Source: Camelus ferus (lineage: Eukaryota). From it: a DNA stretch of 64,000 bases. Positions 60,291-64,000 of the stretch are shown in pieces (the stretch's first letter is position 1; each line of letters starts with the position of its first letter). The notes under the pieces were generated by a model. The model did not search any database and was not told the origin of the DNA. It worked only from the letters and a program-made list of their open reading frames with translations. The DNA lies in the NCBI RefSeq assembly GCF_009834535.1, contig NC_045708.1, positions 4,030,001 to 4,094,000 of the forward strand, written 5' to 3'. A program made the position numbers and the translations under genes.

Positions 60291-62368
60291 TTTTTTTTGA
60301 ATTCCATTAGTTCCAAGGGTTGCTGTTAACCCTATCCCGGGACAGATTTCCGACGACAGGATTATTTTTACAATTCAGGACCAAAGCATGAACAAATACA
60401 AGGTTTTTAGGTGACATTTTTTTCTTGGCCCATCCGTAAGGGACGCGAGTCAGATGGCAGGAATCTGCTGCACTGTGTCCCTGCAGGAGTTTCAGACTTG
60501 ACTAACTCGGTGGTTAACTTTCGTCAGCACACAAGGCGCAGTTTTAGTTTCCGATTCAGAGAGATTCTTTCAGGCTCCGGAGCTACCCTCTGAAGGGGGC
60601 AGGTCTGCCCTGACTGCCTTCCCTTACCCTGGTCTCGCCTCCTCTCCTGGAAATGGAAGTGGGAAAGGCAGGGAAGGAAAATCCATGGGAATTCCTAATA
60701 TATTATTAAGCTGAACAAAAAACTGAAGAACCAGAAAATAATTTCAGAGAAAAAAAATAGCAGTTTTTTCTATTCCATGAGGGGCATTAGGGACCCTGAG
60801 GACAGGGCCCTCAGCTCAAGGTCAGATAGGGGACTACCTTAAAAACCAGGGGATGTGACCATTCGGATTTGTCACGGTCACTTGTGGGGTGCTGGCAAAG
60901 AAAGAAATCTTCCTTACCTTGGTTCCAATAGATGCAGTACCAGGACTGCACTTTCAATGAAACCATATGAAAAAAGTCCCTACTCGGAAGACATTTTTTT
61001 TGTTAGTTTAATATATGCTTTGATCAGTTTTAGAAAAGACCCTTATTCAGCCTCTTGTTTTGCAGATGAAACCTGAGTTTCTGTGATTTGCTAGCCCCCA
61101 CCCAGTGCCCTGTGGGCTTGGCAAAGACATTCCTGATGGAGGCCTCACTCCGCCCACGTGTCCCAGGGCAGGCCAGGCACACCGGGAGTGGCTGTCATTT
61201 CTAGGTTCCACCTCAGCCGGCACAGCCTTTGGAGAAGACATCTTGTTTTTATTCCATCCCTGAAGTGAGAACTGTCTTGTAGGCTTTCTCTTCTACTCCT
61301 GAATCTCTAATCATCTGGCTGTGAGAAGGTGTCTGGTCTAAATTTCAGCATGGGAAGGACAGGCCTAAGTCAGAAAACATTCAGGTACCCAGGCGGCTGC
61401 CTGTTGCCCATAGATGGACTGTTCACACAGCTATTAACGGCAGCAGCAGCATTCCTGGGCCCAGGAGCCCAGCCAATAAGCTTACTTGCTCAAGCTTTGT
61501 GACAAGAAAGTCTGAGTAGCCAGGAAGTGGGGTGTTCATGAGGAAAAACACTACTGTCTCTCTGGGTCAGAACTCATCCACCTGGTATGGATCACATCTT
61601 GAAATCAGTAATGTTTCTACAGAGAAGAACTGAGTCCAGTTTTGTGTACTCCTAACAACAGGGGTTTATTTAACTCATGTTTCAGCTTTACTGTGAAGAA
61701 TGATGATGTGGATGTTTATTGAAATGGAAAGATGTTCATGCTATAATGGCAAGCAAAAAAAATCTGATTACCCATAGTATAACCCAATTTGTTAAGTGCG
61801 TTCATATGCCTACCCCAAAATTGTGAGGGTAATATTTTCTCTAGGTAGTTCATCTGTTTTGGTTTTGCTTGTCCACATTTTCTTTCTGTCTTTCTTAAAT
61901 ATACATAACCTGTGTATTAAAGAAATATTACAAGTTCAAAATAAAATTAAAGATTCAGTTCTTGAGGAAAAAACAGTATATTACCTAAGACCTAACAGGC
62001 GCACATTTGAAGCTGCATAGATATCTAAGTCAATAAAGGAACGTGGTCAGAAAGGAAAAGAACAGATTTAGACTCACCAGCTGTGCTTGGAATTTTGAAT
62101 AACCTGCTAACCTAAGCATGCTATTTAGTTCCTTTTTTTTGCTCATTAATCTCATGAGTTCAAAATGGGAATGTGAAAAATTCATTCACTGCATTACAAC
62201 AATGTGATGGATACAGTCAGCGAACTGTATTAAAATTAGGGGATTTAAACTTCTTAAATATCGTCCAACACCCTGGCATGGTAGAGGCAGCACTGTTTGG
62301 TGAGGAAGGTGTTAACTCTAGCTAAGAAGCAAGCATGCAGGGAAAATGTATTTAAAGATTAAACTTCA

Positions 62369-62538
62369 ATAAGCAAGTTTATACTGTATAGCACAGGGAA
62401 ATATATTCAAGATCTTGTAGTAGCTCATGGTGAAGAAGAATATGAAAACAAATATATGTAAATTCATGTATGACTGAAAAATTGTGCTGTACACCAGAAA
62501 TTGACACATTGTAAACTGACTATAACTCAATGAAAAAA
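62369..62538 (+). mobile_element. Young L1 3' end, intergenic
   Basis: CTGTATAGCACAGGGAA...GACACATTGTAAACTGACTATAACTC plus A-tail; perfect 15-bp TSD AAAGATTAAACTTCA at 62354-62368 and 62539-62553. Confidence 0.9.
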
Positions 62539-64000
62539 AAAGATTAAACTTCAGCCATGAAGTGTACCCCTTCTAAAATCATGAAAATGGTCTTTGTCTA
62601 AGTAACTTTATGATAATGTGATTTAATGTGATTTGACAAATAATGGTACTATTTCATTAAAAAACATGAAAACTCCTTAATTTTGTTATTTGAATTTGCA
62701 TTTTAGGTGGACAGGACCAGAGGTGACTGAGATAATTTTAAAAGCTGCTTTTACCTTTATTTTTTCTTTTCTTTGAGAACATATAGGGACACATAGCATA
62801 GCATTTATAGGGTCAAAAAAAGATTACACCTTTTTTCCTATTACACGTTCTGATTTTCTCTAATTCTGGGCCGCCTGAGGTGTGGTTTGTAATGCACTCA
62901 CTGCACATATACTTTTTCCTTTAAGGGCTGTTCCAGTAGTCTCTGTTTATTAAGTGCATTATTATATGTAAATGACACACTGCAAGTAAAAACAAATAGT
63001 TTGGCACATAGTGCTAGCTATTAACCTTTATAATTTCCCTGTGAAAACTGTAACACAAGAGATTCATTTGATTCTTTTATGCATAGGTAATTTTCCTCAC
63101 TATTTGAAAAGGTGACAATACATAGTTTGTACATTATTTATTAATGATTTAAAATTTTCACACATATATTCATACAGCAGGCAAAATAAAACGTTGAAAA
63201 CAGTAACAAGGGCCCTGTCCCCCTAAAAGGTGAAAACAATAGTTTTGAGGAATTTTCACTTATTTTCCTCTCTTGCAAACGGAAGTAAGAAACGCAGAAA
63301 ACTGAGGGTAGGAAAAATCTATATAAGAATTTCTAAGAATATCCTATTAGGCTGAACAGAAAGCTGAAATGCCAAAAAATAATTCCAGGAAAAATAAACA
63401 TTTGATTATGTTCATACCCACACTCAAGTGCAGAGCCGAAATGGGAGGCAGAAGTCTTTCTTGAATTTTCCCCAAGTGAATGGAGTGTAGCTAGTGAGAT
63501 TTAGGAAGGTGAAGCTATGTTTGGTAACCAAATTAAAATAACTACATTCTCAAGTTACTTACTGAGAAACCATGGTATTCTTAGTATGTTAAAACTTGTC
63601 ACAACCTGTGCTAATGTTGGCTTTTTTCTTCCTCTTTCCTGAGTAACTATAATCATCTGAGACTTAGCATTCACCAGCAGATTTTTTTTTTTTTTTTTAA
63701 AGGAGGAAACAAGGACTCTCCAAGGATCTGGCTACTGTGGCTAATGCTCTTGCATTAATCATGGAATTCTAGATTTGCCCCCAGAGCCTAGGAGTATAGT
63801 ACAGTACACGTGAGAAATAAACTGGATATATTGAAGAAACCTAAGCCTGTCACATAGAAAACTAGCTTTTATTATTCTCACAGCTACATATTATGCTACT
63901 GAATTTGGATCACTTATTGGTGTTATACTCCTTTTTGAGTCCTGGGAAGGGATGGTAGATACTAACATCTAAACCTCCTCCAAAGGGCTAAATTTCTAAG

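Noticed and set aside
61700-61767. Possible C/D-box snoRNA (ATGATGA...CTGA, 68 nt)
   Set aside because: Intergenic, no terminal stem, and it matches old L1ME 3' sequence (ATGGAAAGATGTTCATG...).
1-64000. CRISPR arrays, operons, prophage or other prokaryotic systems
   Set aside because: The window is spliced mammalian sequence; no regularly spaced repeat-spacer structure was found.

Overview
Mammalian genomic DNA, very probably a camelid (tRNA-Ala-derived SINEs with an AAATAAACCTAATTACCTCCCC tail plus young cetartiodactyl-type L1 3' ends). It is syntenic to human 1p36.31. Gene order: PLEKHG5 (-; only the distal first coding exon, the rest lies left of the window), NOL9 (-; 12 exons, intact, 693 aa), TAS1R1 (+; 6 exons, intact, 839 aa), ZBTB48/TZAP (+; 10 coding exons, part of one in an N gap), KLHL21 (-; 4 exons, 597 aa, one N gap), then repeat-rich intergenic DNA. 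All exon boundaries were placed by hand on GT-AG sites, with phases that add up. Orthologue comparisons rest on recalled human/mouse protein sequences, not on a database search. There is no prokaryotic system, CRISPR array or genuine tRNA/rRNA gene. The most unusual unexplained structure is a ~120-bp inverted duplication bracketing TAS1R1 exon 2; most of its substitutions would still pair as G-U in the sense pre-mRNA. Other leads: an umami receptor lacking the human glutamate-tuning residues, an overlapping upstream ORF and an octamer site at TAS1R1, isoform-generating signals in ZBTB48 and KLHL21, and RFX/NRF2 motifs. I found no clearly new multi-gene system; the findings are hypotheses of modest to moderate strength.
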